Positions 1 to 9,901 of a stretch of 64,000 bases of DNA are shown in pieces. How positions within the stretch are numbered: the stretch's first letter is position 1; each line of letters opens with the position of its first letter. A program made the position numbers and the translations under genes. Below the pieces are notes generated by a model. That model made no database searches. It saw only the letters and a program-made list of their open reading frames with translations, and had not been told where the DNA came from. Source of the stretch: Spirochaetota bacterium (GTDB lineage: Bacteria; Spirochaetota; Spirochaetia; DTKZ01); NCBI GenBank assembly GCA_026418195.1, contig JAOABU010000095.1, positions 17,964 to 81,963 of the forward strand, given 5' to 3'.

Positions 1-450
1 CGGGTAGGATCCAATAAAATTGAGAGCCTCAAGCTGGAAGACATCCTTTCTGGAAGTGAGACTAGTGTTATTACCTTCTTTGGGGAAAACCTCCCCCTGA
101 TACAGGCCTTTGGGTACATCAGTGGGAAACCTGATCTATATTTAGGAACGAAGAATGGTGTGTATGTGACGAACATTGAGACACCAAAGTCTACCGTTCC
201 TACTCTGATTGCGGGCACAAAGGGTCTCAATGTCACAAAGATCGTAGTGCAGGGGAGTGTGGAAGCGTTCCTCTCTGCCAATGAACTTGTCCTTCTGAAG
301 GCGAACAAGATCTATAAGATGCCCTTCCTTAAAAGCGTTGTAGGATCCTTATCCGATGTAGCCTGGCAGGGTACGAACTTGATCGTAGCGGGGGATAAGG
401 GAATCTGCAGTATCGATACTTTAAGTATTGGTGAGGGGGCAAATCAATAG
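1..450 (+). CDS. C-terminal fragment of a hypothetical protein; the frame is open from the window edge and the stop is at 448-450
   Basis: Frame 1 has no stop from nt 1 to the TAG at 448. The listed ORF at 160 is only an internal Met of this frame. No recognisable domain. Confidence 0.4.
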   Translation, partial: RVGSNKIESLKLEDILSGSETSVITFFGENLPLIQAFGYISGKPDLYLGTKNGVYVTNIETPKSTVPTLIAGTKGLNVTKIVVQGSVEAFLSANELVLLKANKIYKMPFLKSVVGSLSDVAWQGTNLIVAGDKGICSIDTLSIGEGANQ

Positions 451-484
451 GTGCCTTCAAAGTCGTTCCAAACAGGGGATTTGT

Positions 485-516
485 GCAGGTGCCTCAAAGG
501 GGCACCTGTTTTTTTT
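485..516 (+). terminator. Rho-independent terminator: hairpin caggtgcc-tcaaag-gggcacctg followed by T8
   Basis: GC-rich inverted repeat directly followed by TTTTTTTT, 35 nt after the stop at 450. Confidence 0.7.
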
Positions 517-620
517 GATTGTAGGGACTGATACTTCCTTTAAGTAGGTTTGACCGGTAGAGCCCCTTTGCTTTGGTATATACCAAGTTCAGCATTTTCT
601 ATCGATACACGTTTTAAGGC

Positions 621-642
621 AAAAAAGCTCCCCTCGGGGAGC
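621..642 (-). terminator. Rho-independent terminator for the minus-strand OMP gene: GCTCCCCGAGGGGAGC then T6 on the minus strand
   Basis: Perfect 6-bp stem with 4-nt loop. The A6 run at 621-626 on plus gives T6 on minus, about 85 nt downstream of the stop at 729. Confidence 0.65.
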
Positions 643-728
643 CTTTTCGTTCTGGGTTTGAAAATTTTGCCGTGCCTTGAAATTACCCGCACTCAGAAAG
701 CTGTAATGGCCTTGCTGAAAAGAATGAG

Positions 729-1700
729 CTAGAATCCAAACCTCAAGCTCAGTTCCGCTCCCCAACCTTTCGTGCTGGGGTTGTAGGTGCCGGTCGCACA
801 GAGTTGCAAGAGGAATAGATTGATGTCTAGCCCGCCGGCGAACATCACTGCCCAATCGTTGATGGTAACTTTTGCGGAGGGGCTGAAATTCTGAGGAGTC
901 GCTGTACCCAACTGAGCTTTAAGGCTTCCCTTTGTTTCGTACAGGGCGTTCTGATACCAGAGGGAGGTGCGTAGGAAGGGGGTGAGGATTAAAAGGGTGC
1001 GACTTATCCCTACATCGAATCCGAAGGAGTGAACCCGGGTATCGAGAGAAAGCCCCCCACTGATCTTTAGATCCTGACCCGAATAATCTTGGGTAAACTC
1101 CGTCAGGGTATACTTGAAATGAATGCCCGAATATACATACCCCACCCCTAGAGAAATAGTAGGAAACCAGCCTTTTTCTTTTAAAATGTCTTTCCGAACC
1201 CGGATACCGAAGTTCATCAGACTCGCTTCCAGATCATCGGTTGACACGATTCCACCGGGAACCCCAATACCGGTGAAGATAAAATCCAATCCAATAAGAC
1301 GAAGCCCAAGGGCAAGTTTCAGGGTCGGGAAGGGAAAGATTTCCTTAGATTTGTCGTAGAGATCCCGACCGATCCCGGAACTAGGAATGTTATCGTCCAG
1401 AAGTCCATAGACATCGAGGGTCGTGAACTCAGTATTGTTGCTATCCACGAACTTCAAAATTCCGTCGGATACTACCGCCCCTGCTGTCAAAGCCACATAG
1501 AAGAAATCTCCTTCCAGAGAAGCGACTCCGATTCCAGTTCCAGCTAAATCGTTCTGCTGAACGAAGGGCATCACTTCCCTACCTAGAAGAAGCATTAGTT
1601 TGGAAAAGTCGCTTTCCAGTTGCGCGAACTGAGCGAACACGCCCGTACTAGCCAATACCATGATCAGAGCGATTCCAATTACTAGTTTTTTCATCGTCAC
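729..1700 (-). CDS. Predicted outer-membrane beta-barrel protein (signal peptide, C-terminal ...LRFGF)
   Basis: N-terminal MTMKKLVIGIALIMVLASTGVFAQ signal peptide. The protein ends with an aromatic residue (Phe) after an alternating hydrophobic pattern typical of OMP C-terminal strands. No family recognised. Confidence 0.55.
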   Translation of the reverse strand: MTMKKLVIGIALIMVLASTGVFAQFAQLESDFSKLMLLLGREVMPFVQQNDLAGTGIGVASLEGDFFYVALTAGAVVSDGILKFVDSNNTEFTTLDVYGLLDDNIPSSGIGRDLYDKSKEIFPFPTLKLALGLRLIGLDFIFTGIGVPGGIVSTDDLEASLMNFGIRVRKDILKEKGWFPTISLGVGYVYSGIHFKYTLTEFTQDYSGQDLKISGGLSLDTRVHSFGFDVGISRTLLILTPFLRTSLWYQNALYETKGSLKAQLGTATPQNFSPSAKVTINDWAVMFAGGLDINLFLLQLCATGTYNPSTKGWGAELSLRFGF

Positions 1701-1800
1701 CTCCGAGGTATCACCATATAGTGTATAACAAAACCATAGAGACTTCCAGATGTAACCCTCTTTTCTTGCGTCTTTTCTATAAAATCATTACACTGATCCC

Positions 1801-2499
1801 ATGTTTGCTACCATTGTAAACTGCATCACCGTGTTCATCGGATCGATGCTGGGTTTGTTTCTCCATGCGAAGATCAGCGAGGAGTTCAAGGAAACGGTTT
1901 TCACAGGCGTTGGATTGTTTACTCTGATTGTAGGAATCGCGATGGCTTTGAAATCCGATCGGATGGTGTACCTAGCCTTGTCCATCGTTTCGGGGGGGCT
2001 TCTGGGGAACACGTTGGATATAGAGGGAAAGATCCTTGCCTTTGGGGAATGGCTGAAAAAGAGGTTTGCTCAAGGGAACAGTAAACATGATTTTGCCTAT
2101 GGGTTTCTCAATGCATCAGTCCTATTCTGCGTAGGAGCTATGACCCTCGTAGGGGCGTTCAAGGCAGGTGCCGAAGGAGAGTATACCCTCATTCTTACGA
2201 AATCGGTAATGGATGGATTCATGGCCATTCTTCTTACTGCAGCTCAAGGAATCGGAGTAGCCTTCTCCATCCTCACAATTTTAGTCTACCAAGGGGGGCT
2301 AACCCTCATAGCGGGTTTCGTGAAGCCCTTCGTGACCCCGCTAGTTCTTTCCGAACTTACCGGTGTAGGGGGCGCCCTGGTCATGATGATTGGATTCAAT
2401 CTATTGAGCCTTCGGAAGATCAAAACAGGGAACTTTCTCCCCGCATTGGTAATCATTCTGGTGTTGATTGCCCTTGAACCGTTCCTTCCGAAGCTTTGA
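1801..2499 (+). CDS. DUF554 (YqgA-like) family membrane protein
   Basis: N-terminus MFATIVNCITVFIGSMLGL and overall polytopic hydrophobic profile resemble YqgA/DUF554 proteins. Confidence 0.55.
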   Translation: MFATIVNCITVFIGSMLGLFLHAKISEEFKETVFTGVGLFTLIVGIAMALKSDRMVYLALSIVSGGLLGNTLDIEGKILAFGEWLKKRFAQGNSKHDFAYGFLNASVLFCVGAMTLVGAFKAGAEGEYTLILTKSVMDGFMAILLTAAQGIGVAFSILTILVYQGGLTLIAGFVKPFVTPLVLSELTGVGGALVMMIGFNLLSLRKIKTGNFLPALVIILVLIALEPFLPKL

Positions 2500-2508
2500 G
2501 GTGAATGC

Positions 2509-2970
2509 ATGCGAAGGAAAGATAAAGAAATTCAGGATCCTTCGGTTATCGAATCGATCCTCGCAACCAATCACGTAATCCGAGTTGCTTGGATAACGGA
2601 GGAAGGCCCCTACCTGCTTCCCTTGAACTATGGGTATCGGGAAGGGCGGTTATATATCCATTCCGCTCCCGAAGGAAGAAAAATCGAAGTTTCTAGAACG
2701 CACCCTAAAGTCTGTTTTGAAGTGAGCGATTCGATCCAGGTGTTACAATCGGATACTCCCTGTGGATTTACTACAAGGTATAGGTGCGTACTAGGAACAG
2801 GAACGATCCGCATCGTAACAGATCCAATCGAAAAAGAAGAGGGTCTTTCCATCATCATGCAGCAAATTACAGGTAAACCCGAATGGAAGTTCCCTTCTGA
2901 GATGATGAATAGATTGGTGATCCTTTGCATCGAGATAGAAACTTTGACGGGTAAGAAATCCAAGATCTAG
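2509..2970 (+). CDS. Pyridoxamine 5'-phosphate oxidase-like FMN-binding protein (PNPOx/NimA-like split-barrel)
   Basis: About 150 aa. The N-terminal region matches the PNPOx-like split-barrel pattern (ATNHVIRVAWITEEGPYLLPLNYGY). Confidence 0.55.
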   Translation: MRRKDKEIQDPSVIESILATNHVIRVAWITEEGPYLLPLNYGYREGRLYIHSAPEGRKIEVSRTHPKVCFEVSDSIQVLQSDTPCGFTTRYRCVLGTGTIRIVTDPIEKEEGLSIIMQQITGKPEWKFPSEMMNRLVILCIEIETLTGKKSKI

Positions 2971-2981
2971 GGGGAGTTAGG

Positions 2982-4430
2982 ATGGAAGCATGGATCGTGG
3001 GGCTTGTTTTCGTCCTTGTGTTTGGATTGATTCTCTATAGGAAGATACCCATTCACTATGTCTCTCTGGTAGGCGCTGCAATTCTTATCGTCACGGGCAT
3101 TATTCCTTTAGGAGTGGCGCTTGGAAACAGTGTCGAATGGGAAGTGTTGTTTATCTACTTTGGGTATGGAATGCTGAGTGTACTGCTTCAGGAAAGTATG
3201 CTTCCCCGTGCCTTAGCGGATGCGATCATTCCTCGAGTACGATCTGAAAACGAGCTTATTTTTTACCTAAGTGCAGTAGCCGCCTTACTTTCTAGTTTCA
3301 TGCCGAATCCTGTAGTTGTCCTTATGGTAGCTCCCCTTGCCCTGGATGTAGCGGATCGATTAAAACGATCCCCGTTTCCCTATCTTGTAAGTATCGCTAT
3401 AGCGTCCAATGTGGTTACAACCGTGACGATGGTAGCGGATCCTCCTTCTATAATATTGGCCATGACCACGAAGATGACTTTTCTAGACTTCTACTGGTAC
3501 CAAGGTAAACCTGGCTTAGGAACCCTGTCGGTAGCAGGCGTAATTGTAGCACTTTTTTCCTTATTGTTTTTAAACAGGAAAATGAACGCTCCCCTTCATG
3601 TCGACGTTGAAACATACCATGCCCCAAGAGCATCGGTGATGATCTTTATCCTAAGCTTCCTGATAGGGATCGGTTCGTTAATTTTGAAACGCTGGATCTC
3701 TCCACTTGCTTTACTGGCAGGATTGGGAGGGGTAGCTTCTTTCGTATTCATCCTGGATGGTAGAATAGCTTCCTTCTATCGAGGAACCCTTCCATCCTTT
3801 CAATTAGGTCCCACTTCTGTCTTTGTTTTAAGTATTTTTGCTTTGATCATCGCCCCTCAGGAATCTCCCCCTGGAATCGCTGCCTTTATCAGCTGGCAGG
3901 GATGGATCGGTTTAGGGCTTGGGTTGATCTGTATTGGTACCATGGGCAGGAAGGCAGCCAAAGAGGTTAAAGAGTACGATTGGGAGACTACTTTGTTTCT
4001 TCTTGGGATTTTCATCGTCGTGGATTCGGTGGACCGGGTAGGAATCCTCTCTGACTTCGTAAAGGTACTTATGCAGGCGGGATTCCGGGATCCTTTCTGG
4101 GTATTCATGCTCGTTACTTGGTTAAGTGTGGCTCTATCTGCCTTTATCGATAATGTTCCGTACACGGTCCTGATGATCCCTGTCTGTGGGTATTTCGCCA
4201 AAACTTTGGGAATTAATCCCCATTATCTCTACTATGGAATGCTTATTGGTACAGGAATCGGTGGGAACATTACTCCCGTGGGAGCTACAGCAAACGTCCT
4301 GGCTTGTGGGATGTTGGAAAAGCGAGGGATCAAGATCCACACACTTGAGTTTATGAAACTGAGTGTTCCATTTTCTATTTCTGCAGTAGTATCGGCCCAA
4401 ATATTGATTCATCTGTTCTGGTACCGATAA
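2982..4430 (+). CDS. ArsB/NhaD-superfamily (CitMHS/YbiR-like) anion permease
   Basis: 482 aa polytopic membrane protein with two-repeat architecture and motifs typical of the ArsB_NhaD permease superfamily. Confidence 0.6.
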   Translation: MEAWIVGLVFVLVFGLILYRKIPIHYVSLVGAAILIVTGIIPLGVALGNSVEWEVLFIYFGYGMLSVLLQESMLPRALADAIIPRVRSENELIFYLSAVAALLSSFMPNPVVVLMVAPLALDVADRLKRSPFPYLVSIAIASNVVTTVTMVADPPSIILAMTTKMTFLDFYWYQGKPGLGTLSVAGVIVALFSLLFLNRKMNAPLHVDVETYHAPRASVMIFILSFLIGIGSLILKRWISPLALLAGLGGVASFVFILDGRIASFYRGTLPSFQLGPTSVFVLSIFALIIAPQESPPGIAAFISWQGWIGLGLGLICIGTMGRKAAKEVKEYDWETTLFLLGIFIVVDSVDRVGILSDFVKVLMQAGFRDPFWVFMLVTWLSVALSAFIDNVPYTVLMIPVCGYFAKTLGINPHYLYYGMLIGTGIGGNITPVGATANVLACGMLEKRGIKIHTLEFMKLSVPFSISAVVSAQILIHLFWYR

Positions 4431-4500
4431 GGAATGAATCAGAGGTTGAGTTTCTATTGTATAAGCTGGTAGATAGAAGTATTATTGTGAGGAGGGGGGT

Positions 4501-5235
4501 ATGGCTATAAGCCAACCAATTGAAGAAAAGGTGAATGACCTAGAAACTGCCATTCGGGAACTTATCTACCTACAACACAAGAATGAAATGCAGATTCACC
4601 AGCTCACTGTGGAAATGAGAGAGTTTAAGGATGAGATGAAAGAGTTTAAAGACGAAATGAAAGAGTTTAAGGATGAAATGAAAGAGTTTAAGGACGAGAT
4701 GAAAGAGTTTAAGGACGAGATGAAAGGCTTCAAAGACGAAATTTTGGGTTTTAAAGAAGAGATATTGGACTTTAAAAACGAGATTAGGGAAGAGAACAGG
4801 CAGATGAATAAACGGTGGGGGGAATTGTCGAATAAGATGGGCACCATTGTAGAGGACCTTGTATATCCTTCCATTAATCCGTTACTTGCCCGTTATTTCA
4901 ACCTGGAACCAATCGATACGGCGGTTCGGATTAGAAGAAAGAAAGGATCTTTATCAGGTGAGTTTGATGCACTGGCAATTTGTGAGGATCGGGTATTCAT
5001 ATTCGAAGTAAAAGCTGGGCCTAGAAAGGAATACATAGAGGAGTTTGTAAACAGGCAGATACCTTTGTTTCGAAGCTTGTTCCCAGAACATGAGAACAAG
5101 ATGGTTATCCCTATTCTCGCGGCTCTACGGTTCGAAGAACCCCTTGTGAAAGAATGCACTTCTTGCGGGGTGTATGCTATGGCATATCGAGAGTGGGATT
5201 ACATGGATTTATTGAATTTCGAAGATTTAAAGTAA
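4501..5235 (+). CDS. Hypothetical protein with 9 heptad tandem repeats (EMKEFKD) and a C-terminal PD-(D/E)XK-like motif
   Basis: Strong RBS GAGGAGG upstream. The repeat is E-M-K-E-F-K-D x6 followed by degenerate copies. The C-terminus has D (EFDALAI) ... E-V-K (IFEVKAG), spaced like a restriction-endonuclease fold. Confidence 0.6.
   Translation: MAISQPIEEKVNDLETAIRELIYLQHKNEMQIHQLTVEMREFKDEMKEFKDEMKEFKDEMKEFKDEMKEFKDEMKGFKDEILGFKEEILDFKNEIREENRQMNKRWGELSNKMGTIVEDLVYPSINPLLARYFNLEPIDTAVRIRRKKGSLSGEFDALAICEDRVFIFEVKAGPRKEYIEEFVNRQIPLFRSLFPEHENKMVIPILAALRFEEPLVKECTSCGVYAMAYREWDYMDLLNFEDLK
4612..4800 (+). repeat. Tandem 21-bp repeat, 9 copies (6 near-identical at 4612-4737, then degenerate), in-frame inside the CDS
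   Basis: gaaatgaaagagtttaaggat-type units repeated head to tail. Variation is mostly at synonymous positions. Confidence 0.9.
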
Positions 5236-5278
5236 TATTTAAGAGATTAGATGAACCTTTTTCATCCCTTCCTTTTCT

Positions 5279-7846
5279 TCAAGCGCCGTTGGAAGGAGAT
5301 GGATTCTTTGCATCCTCCAACGTATCGATGGGGTTTTCACTCCTCTCGATGGGACAAGGTTTGATGTTCCATATTTCCTCTGCATACTGCAGGATGGTCC
5401 GATCCGAAGAAAACCGACCAGAGTGCGCTACATTGATGATGGCCTTCCGGTTCCATTCTTCCGGGTTCGCGTAGACCTGGGAGATTTTAGCCTGGGCTTC
5501 TGCATAGCTGGGTAAATCAGCTAAGTTCAAGTATCGATCATGATGTAGAAGCATCTCTTTTAAAGGGTCGAAAATGCCAGGCTCATTGATGTTGAAATAC
5601 CCAGAAAAGATTAAATCTAATGCCTCTTTGATCTCGGGATCCTTCGCGTAAAACTCCTCGCCATTGTAGTGTTTGGAGAGTTCCAAAGCTTCTTCAGCCC
5701 GCAGACCAAAAATGAAGATGTTCTCGAGACCTACTTCTTCAGCAATTTCTATATTTGCACCATCTAGTGTACCGATGGTAAGAGCTCCATTGCACATGAA
5801 TTTCATATTCCCTGTTCCAGATGCTTCTGTTCCGGCTAGGGAGATCTGCTCAGATACTTCTGCAGCAGGAAGAAGCTGCTCAGCCAAGGTAACTCGGTAA
5901 TTGGGAAGGAAGTAGACCTTTAACTTGTCCTCCATATCCGGATCGTTATTGATGACTTGGGAGAGGTTGTTGATAAACTTGATGATGAGTTTTGCCATTG
6001 CGTATCCAGGGGCCGATTTCCCTCCGAAGAAAAAGGTTCGAGGGATAAATCCTGCGGTGCCTTTCTGTTTCAGTGTATTGTACAGGTACACGATGTGCAG
6101 TGCGTTGAGGAGTTGTCGCTTGTATTCATGAATCCGTTTTACCTGAAAATCGAAGATCGTCTCGGGATCTACGATCCAACCATAGGCATCGGAGAGCTGA
6201 GCGGCAAACGTTTCTTTCGCTTTTCGTTTCACTTCTCTGAACTTTTCCCGGAAGCTCCCATCTTCTGCGAGGGGAAGCAGTTTTTTCAATTCATCCATGT
6301 CCAAGATCCATCCTGGACCGATGGCTTCGGTAATGAGGGAAGCTAGACCCGGGTTTGCTTTCAGAAGCCATCTTCGGTGGGTAATACCGTTCGTTTTGTT
6401 ATTGAACCGCTGGGGATAAATGGATGCAATGTCTGGCACCAGAGTACTTTTCAACAGTTTGGTATGGAGGGCTGCTACCCCATTCGTGGAATGGGACCCT
6501 ACAATACAGAGGAAGGCCATCCGGATTTGTTTGGGATCCCCTTCTTCGATGAGGCTTACCGTCCGGAGCTTCTCGGGATTCCCCCGAAATCGGATGGCGG
6601 CTTCTTTTAAAAATTGATTGTTGATCTCATAGATGATCTGCAGATGCCGGGGGAACAACTTTTCGAACATCGGGAGGGGCCATTTTTCCAGCGCCTCAGG
6701 CATGAGGGTATGGTTGGTGTACCCAAAGGTTCGCACCGTGATATCCCAAGCGGTTTTCCAATCGAGCCCTTCCTGATCAAGAAGAATTCTCATCAGCTCT
6801 GGAATTGCCATGGAAGGATGGGTATCGTTCAGTTGAATGGCTACGTATTTAGGAAAGTCTTTCCAAGGGTTTCCAGAGTTCTTGAATCTCCGAATGATGT
6901 CCCAGAGAGAACAGGCTACGAAAAAGTACTGCTGTCGAAGACGAAGCTCCTTCCCCAAATATTGGGTGTCGTTGGGATAGAGGACTTTCGTGAGGTTTTC
7001 GGCATTCACCTTTTCACTGACCGCTTCCACGTAGTCTCCTTCGTTAAACTCTTGTAAGTCGAACTCCTGAGGCGCTCGAGCAGCCCAGAGACGAAGGGTG
7101 TTGACTGTTTTTCCTCCATACCCAACGATGGGGATGTCATAGGCAATCCCATACACGATCTGTGTGTCTACCCAATGAGAAACCCATCGGCCGTTTTCTA
7201 GAAGCTTTTCTACCCTGCCCCCGTAATTCACTGGCACACAGAGATCAGGGCGTTCGATCTCCCAGGGATTTCCTCCTCGAAGCCAATCGTCTGGGTGTTC
7301 TACCTGCCATCCGTTCTCAATTTCCTGCCGAAAGATCCCATAATCGTACCGGAGGCCGTACCCAAAAGCGGGAAGTTCCATGGTGGCAAGGGAATCGCTA
7401 AAGCAAGCGGCTAGTCGACCCAATCCGCCATTCCCTAGTCCGGCATCTACCTCCTGTTCCTCTAACATTTCCCACTTGTATCCTAGGTTCTTTAAAGCTT
7501 CTTTGACAGGGCCTTCTATACCGAGATTGATCACATTCATTCCCATCAATCGTCCGATAAGCCATTCGAGGGACAGGTAGTACACTCGTTTCACGTTCTT
7601 GCTATGATGAGTCTGTTGGGTTTTGATCCACTGGTTAATCAACCGGTCACGAACTGCATATGCAAGGCTCATGAATCGATCATGGTTTGTAGCAGTGTAC
7701 TTATCTACCCCAAGGGTATACTTCAGATGCTCGGCAAAGCCCCAAGCGATGGATTCTGCATCGAGACCTTGCCGGGAGGTGATCTTTTTTGCCTCATGGC
7801 AAGGATCATCGTTCTTATCCAATCTTTGGGTATCCATCTGGCTCAA
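5279..7846 (-). CDS. glgP: Glycogen/alpha-glucan phosphorylase
   Basis: 855 aa with many phosphorylase motifs, including EASGTGNMKFMCNGALTIGTLDGANIE around the pyridoxal-phosphate lysine. Confidence 0.93.
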   Translation of the reverse strand: MSQMDTQRLDKNDDPCHEAKKITSRQGLDAESIAWGFAEHLKYTLGVDKYTATNHDRFMSLAYAVRDRLINQWIKTQQTHHSKNVKRVYYLSLEWLIGRLMGMNVINLGIEGPVKEALKNLGYKWEMLEEQEVDAGLGNGGLGRLAACFSDSLATMELPAFGYGLRYDYGIFRQEIENGWQVEHPDDWLRGGNPWEIERPDLCVPVNYGGRVEKLLENGRWVSHWVDTQIVYGIAYDIPIVGYGGKTVNTLRLWAARAPQEFDLQEFNEGDYVEAVSEKVNAENLTKVLYPNDTQYLGKELRLRQQYFFVACSLWDIIRRFKNSGNPWKDFPKYVAIQLNDTHPSMAIPELMRILLDQEGLDWKTAWDITVRTFGYTNHTLMPEALEKWPLPMFEKLFPRHLQIIYEINNQFLKEAAIRFRGNPEKLRTVSLIEEGDPKQIRMAFLCIVGSHSTNGVAALHTKLLKSTLVPDIASIYPQRFNNKTNGITHRRWLLKANPGLASLITEAIGPGWILDMDELKKLLPLAEDGSFREKFREVKRKAKETFAAQLSDAYGWIVDPETIFDFQVKRIHEYKRQLLNALHIVYLYNTLKQKGTAGFIPRTFFFGGKSAPGYAMAKLIIKFINNLSQVINNDPDMEDKLKVYFLPNYRVTLAEQLLPAAEVSEQISLAGTEASGTGNMKFMCNGALTIGTLDGANIEIAEEVGLENIFIFGLRAEEALELSKHYNGEEFYAKDPEIKEALDLIFSGYFNINEPGIFDPLKEMLLHHDRYLNLADLPSYAEAQAKISQVYANPEEWNRKAIINVAHSGRFSSDRTILQYAEEIWNIKPCPIERSENPIDTLEDAKNPSPSNGA

Positions 7847-7866
7847 CCCTCCTTCCCTAACGGGGC

Positions 7867-9201
7867 CTACAGATTTTCTTCGTGTTCATCGAGGATATGA
7901 ATACATACAGGATCCTCTCGAACTACATCGAGGGTTCGAATCTTTTCTAACGCTTTCCGGAGGTTCTTTTCTCTAGACTTGTGGGTAATGATGACTACTG
8001 GAGCAATGGAAGGTTTCGCTAAATCTTCGGGTATTTCCTTCTGGAGTACGGAAGCGATGCTAATGTTGTTCTTTCCCAACACAGACGCAATTTTAGCAAG
8101 AACTCCTACGGTATCGGTAACCATGAAACGGAGGTAGAAGCGGGAAACTAGTTCATCGGGGCTTACCTGTTTCGCTTTCGGAGTTCGGTCTGGCCATATA
8201 CGAAGAGTCTGAAAAAAAGCACGATGGATGCCCAGAGCTGCACTCACAATATCCGCGACTACCGCCGATGAGGTGGGAGACCCGCCTGCACCCCTACCGT
8301 AGTACATGGTGTGTCCTGTGGCATGACCATACACACTGATCGCATTGAAGGGACCTGATACCCATGCCAGAGGATGCTGTCGGGAGATGAAAGCGGGCCG
8401 TACACGCAGACACACCCCACCGTTCAAGCGGCTAGCCACTGCAAGAAGTTTCACGATATACCCGAGCTCATTCCCATACTGGATATCCAGGTTCTGCAAT
8501 GTGTCTATCCCTTCTACGGGAATAGCTTCCAGGGTGAACCGTTGCCCAAAGGCTAAAGAGGCTAAAATGGTAAGTTTATGAGCTGTATCCATTCCCGATA
8601 CGTCGAGGGTGGGGTCTGCCTCTGCCAATCCAGCTTGCTGAGCTTCTTTCAGAGCTTCCTTGTAACTGATTCCTTCCTGTGTCATTTGGGTGAGGATATA
8701 ATTACAGGTTCCATTCACGATACCGTACAGAGCGTCGATCCTGTTGGCAATGAGCCCATCATACAGAGCCCGGATAATGGGGATCCCCCCCCCGCAACTG
8801 GCTTCGAAACTGAGCGTAGCTCGATTTTTTCGAGCAATTTTCAGTAATTCCGGCCCTGTATGAGCAAGGAGAGCCTTGTTAGCGGTTACCACATGCTTCC
8901 CTGCATGCAAGGCCTTTAAAATGATATCTTTGGCAACTGTCGTTCCCCCGACCAATTCTACCACGATGGACACCTCTGGATCCGCTAACACCCTGTCTAG
9001 ATTTTTTTCGAAGAGAGAGGGGGGCAAACCCAGTGCTTCTGCTCTTCGGAAATCCATATCCACGATATATTTCAGTTGGAGATCAAGACCTGTGCGTTCC
9101 TGGAGAAGGGACTGATCCTGAGTGAGGCGAAGAGCTACTGCCCCGCCTACTGTTCCACATCCCACTATGGCAATTGATACGTTCGTTCGTTGTTTACCCA
9201 T
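7867..9201 (-). CDS. hom: Homoserine dehydrogenase
   Basis: N-terminal NAD-binding IAIVGCGTVGGAV, catalytic domain, and C-terminal ACT-like domain. 444 aa. Confidence 0.9.
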   Translation of the reverse strand: MGKQRTNVSIAIVGCGTVGGAVALRLTQDQSLLQERTGLDLQLKYIVDMDFRRAEALGLPPSLFEKNLDRVLADPEVSIVVELVGGTTVAKDIILKALHAGKHVVTANKALLAHTGPELLKIARKNRATLSFEASCGGGIPIIRALYDGLIANRIDALYGIVNGTCNYILTQMTQEGISYKEALKEAQQAGLAEADPTLDVSGMDTAHKLTILASLAFGQRFTLEAIPVEGIDTLQNLDIQYGNELGYIVKLLAVASRLNGGVCLRVRPAFISRQHPLAWVSGPFNAISVYGHATGHTMYYGRGAGGSPTSSAVVADIVSAALGIHRAFFQTLRIWPDRTPKAKQVSPDELVSRFYLRFMVTDTVGVLAKIASVLGKNNISIASVLQKEIPEDLAKPSIAPVVIITHKSREKNLRKALEKIRTLDVVREDPVCIHILDEHEENL

Positions 9202-9310
9202 GTATCCTCCTCCTTACCGAGGGTATCCTATTTCAGCCGGGTATGAGTGTCAACGGAGGAAGAGGCGTTATTTACACCCGAGTAGAATCCTACTATACTA
9301 TCCTTTCGCT

Positions 9311-9892
9311 ATGCGCATACGTTACAATGCCCCCATCACCTTAAACTTTACCCTTCTGGCCTTCATCGTCCTTCTATCGGATACTCTATTCCATACGGGA
9401 TTTATCGCGAATCTTTTCTCGGTTCCGGGAAGAGGAGTCTTTCAGTTTTCCAATCCTTTTCACTATATCCGGTTATTTACCCATGTAGTAGGGCACGTGA
9501 ACTGGGCCCATTTTTTAGGGAACTTTGCCCTTCTTCTTCTGTTAGGTCCTATTTTGGAAGAAAAGTATGGGTCGGCTGCACTCTTTTTCATGATGCTGGT
9601 GACGGCCTTCATAACAGGACTATTGAATGTCCTGTTTCTCCCTACCGGACTTCTTGGCGCAAGTGGAATTGTGTTCATGATGATTATTCTGGTGAGTTTT
9701 ACCAATATTCGGCAAGGGGAAATTCCTGTTACCTTTCTCTTGGTACTTACCATTTACCTGGCAGGAGAAGTGATTCGGTCTTTCCAGAATAATAGTATTT
9801 CTGAGTTTGCTCATATCGTGGGAGGAGCTTGTGGAAGTATCTTCGGGTTCGTAAAGCCTGCACGTTCGAAATCGACTAGTCCCAAGGGATAA
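9311..9892 (+). CDS. Rhomboid-family intramembrane serine protease
   Basis: GASGIVFMM (GxSG active-site serine) and a downstream AHIVGGACG histidine region. Start chosen at the internal ATG 9311 because the listed start at 9122 overlaps hom. Confidence 0.7.
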   Translation: MRIRYNAPITLNFTLLAFIVLLSDTLFHTGFIANLFSVPGRGVFQFSNPFHYIRLFTHVVGHVNWAHFLGNFALLLLLGPILEEKYGSAALFFMMLVTAFITGLLNVLFLPTGLLGASGIVFMMIILVSFTNIRQGEIPVTFLLVLTIYLAGEVIRSFQNNSISEFAHIVGGACGSIFGFVKPARSKSTSPKG

Positions 9893-9901
9893 GGAGTTGG
9901 T

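Noticed and set aside
550-855. Small ORFs 550-732 (+) and 589-855 (-)
   Set aside because: They lie over two terminator hairpins and the 3' end of the OMP gene. No RBS or motifs. Likely non-coding intergenic sequence.
4612-4800. Tandem 21-bp repeats considered as a possible CRISPR array or minisatellite
   Set aside because: The repeats are contiguous with no spacers. They are in-frame within a CDS with a good RBS, and the variation is at synonymous codon positions. This is a protein-coding heptad repeat, not CRISPR.
5673-7057. Series of plus-strand ORFs (5673-5900, 5925-6131, 5957-6346, 6377-6617, 6614-7057) antisense to glgP
   Set aside because: They lie entirely within the strongly supported 855-aa glycogen phosphorylase on the opposite strand. 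They show no motifs and low-complexity or odd composition typical of antisense frames.
9122-9310. Upstream extension of the rhomboid ORF starting at 9122
   Set aside because: It would overlap the 5' end of hom on the opposite strand by 80 nt, and it encodes an Arg/Pro-rich non-membrane segment. The internal ATG at 9311 begins right at the first TM helix.
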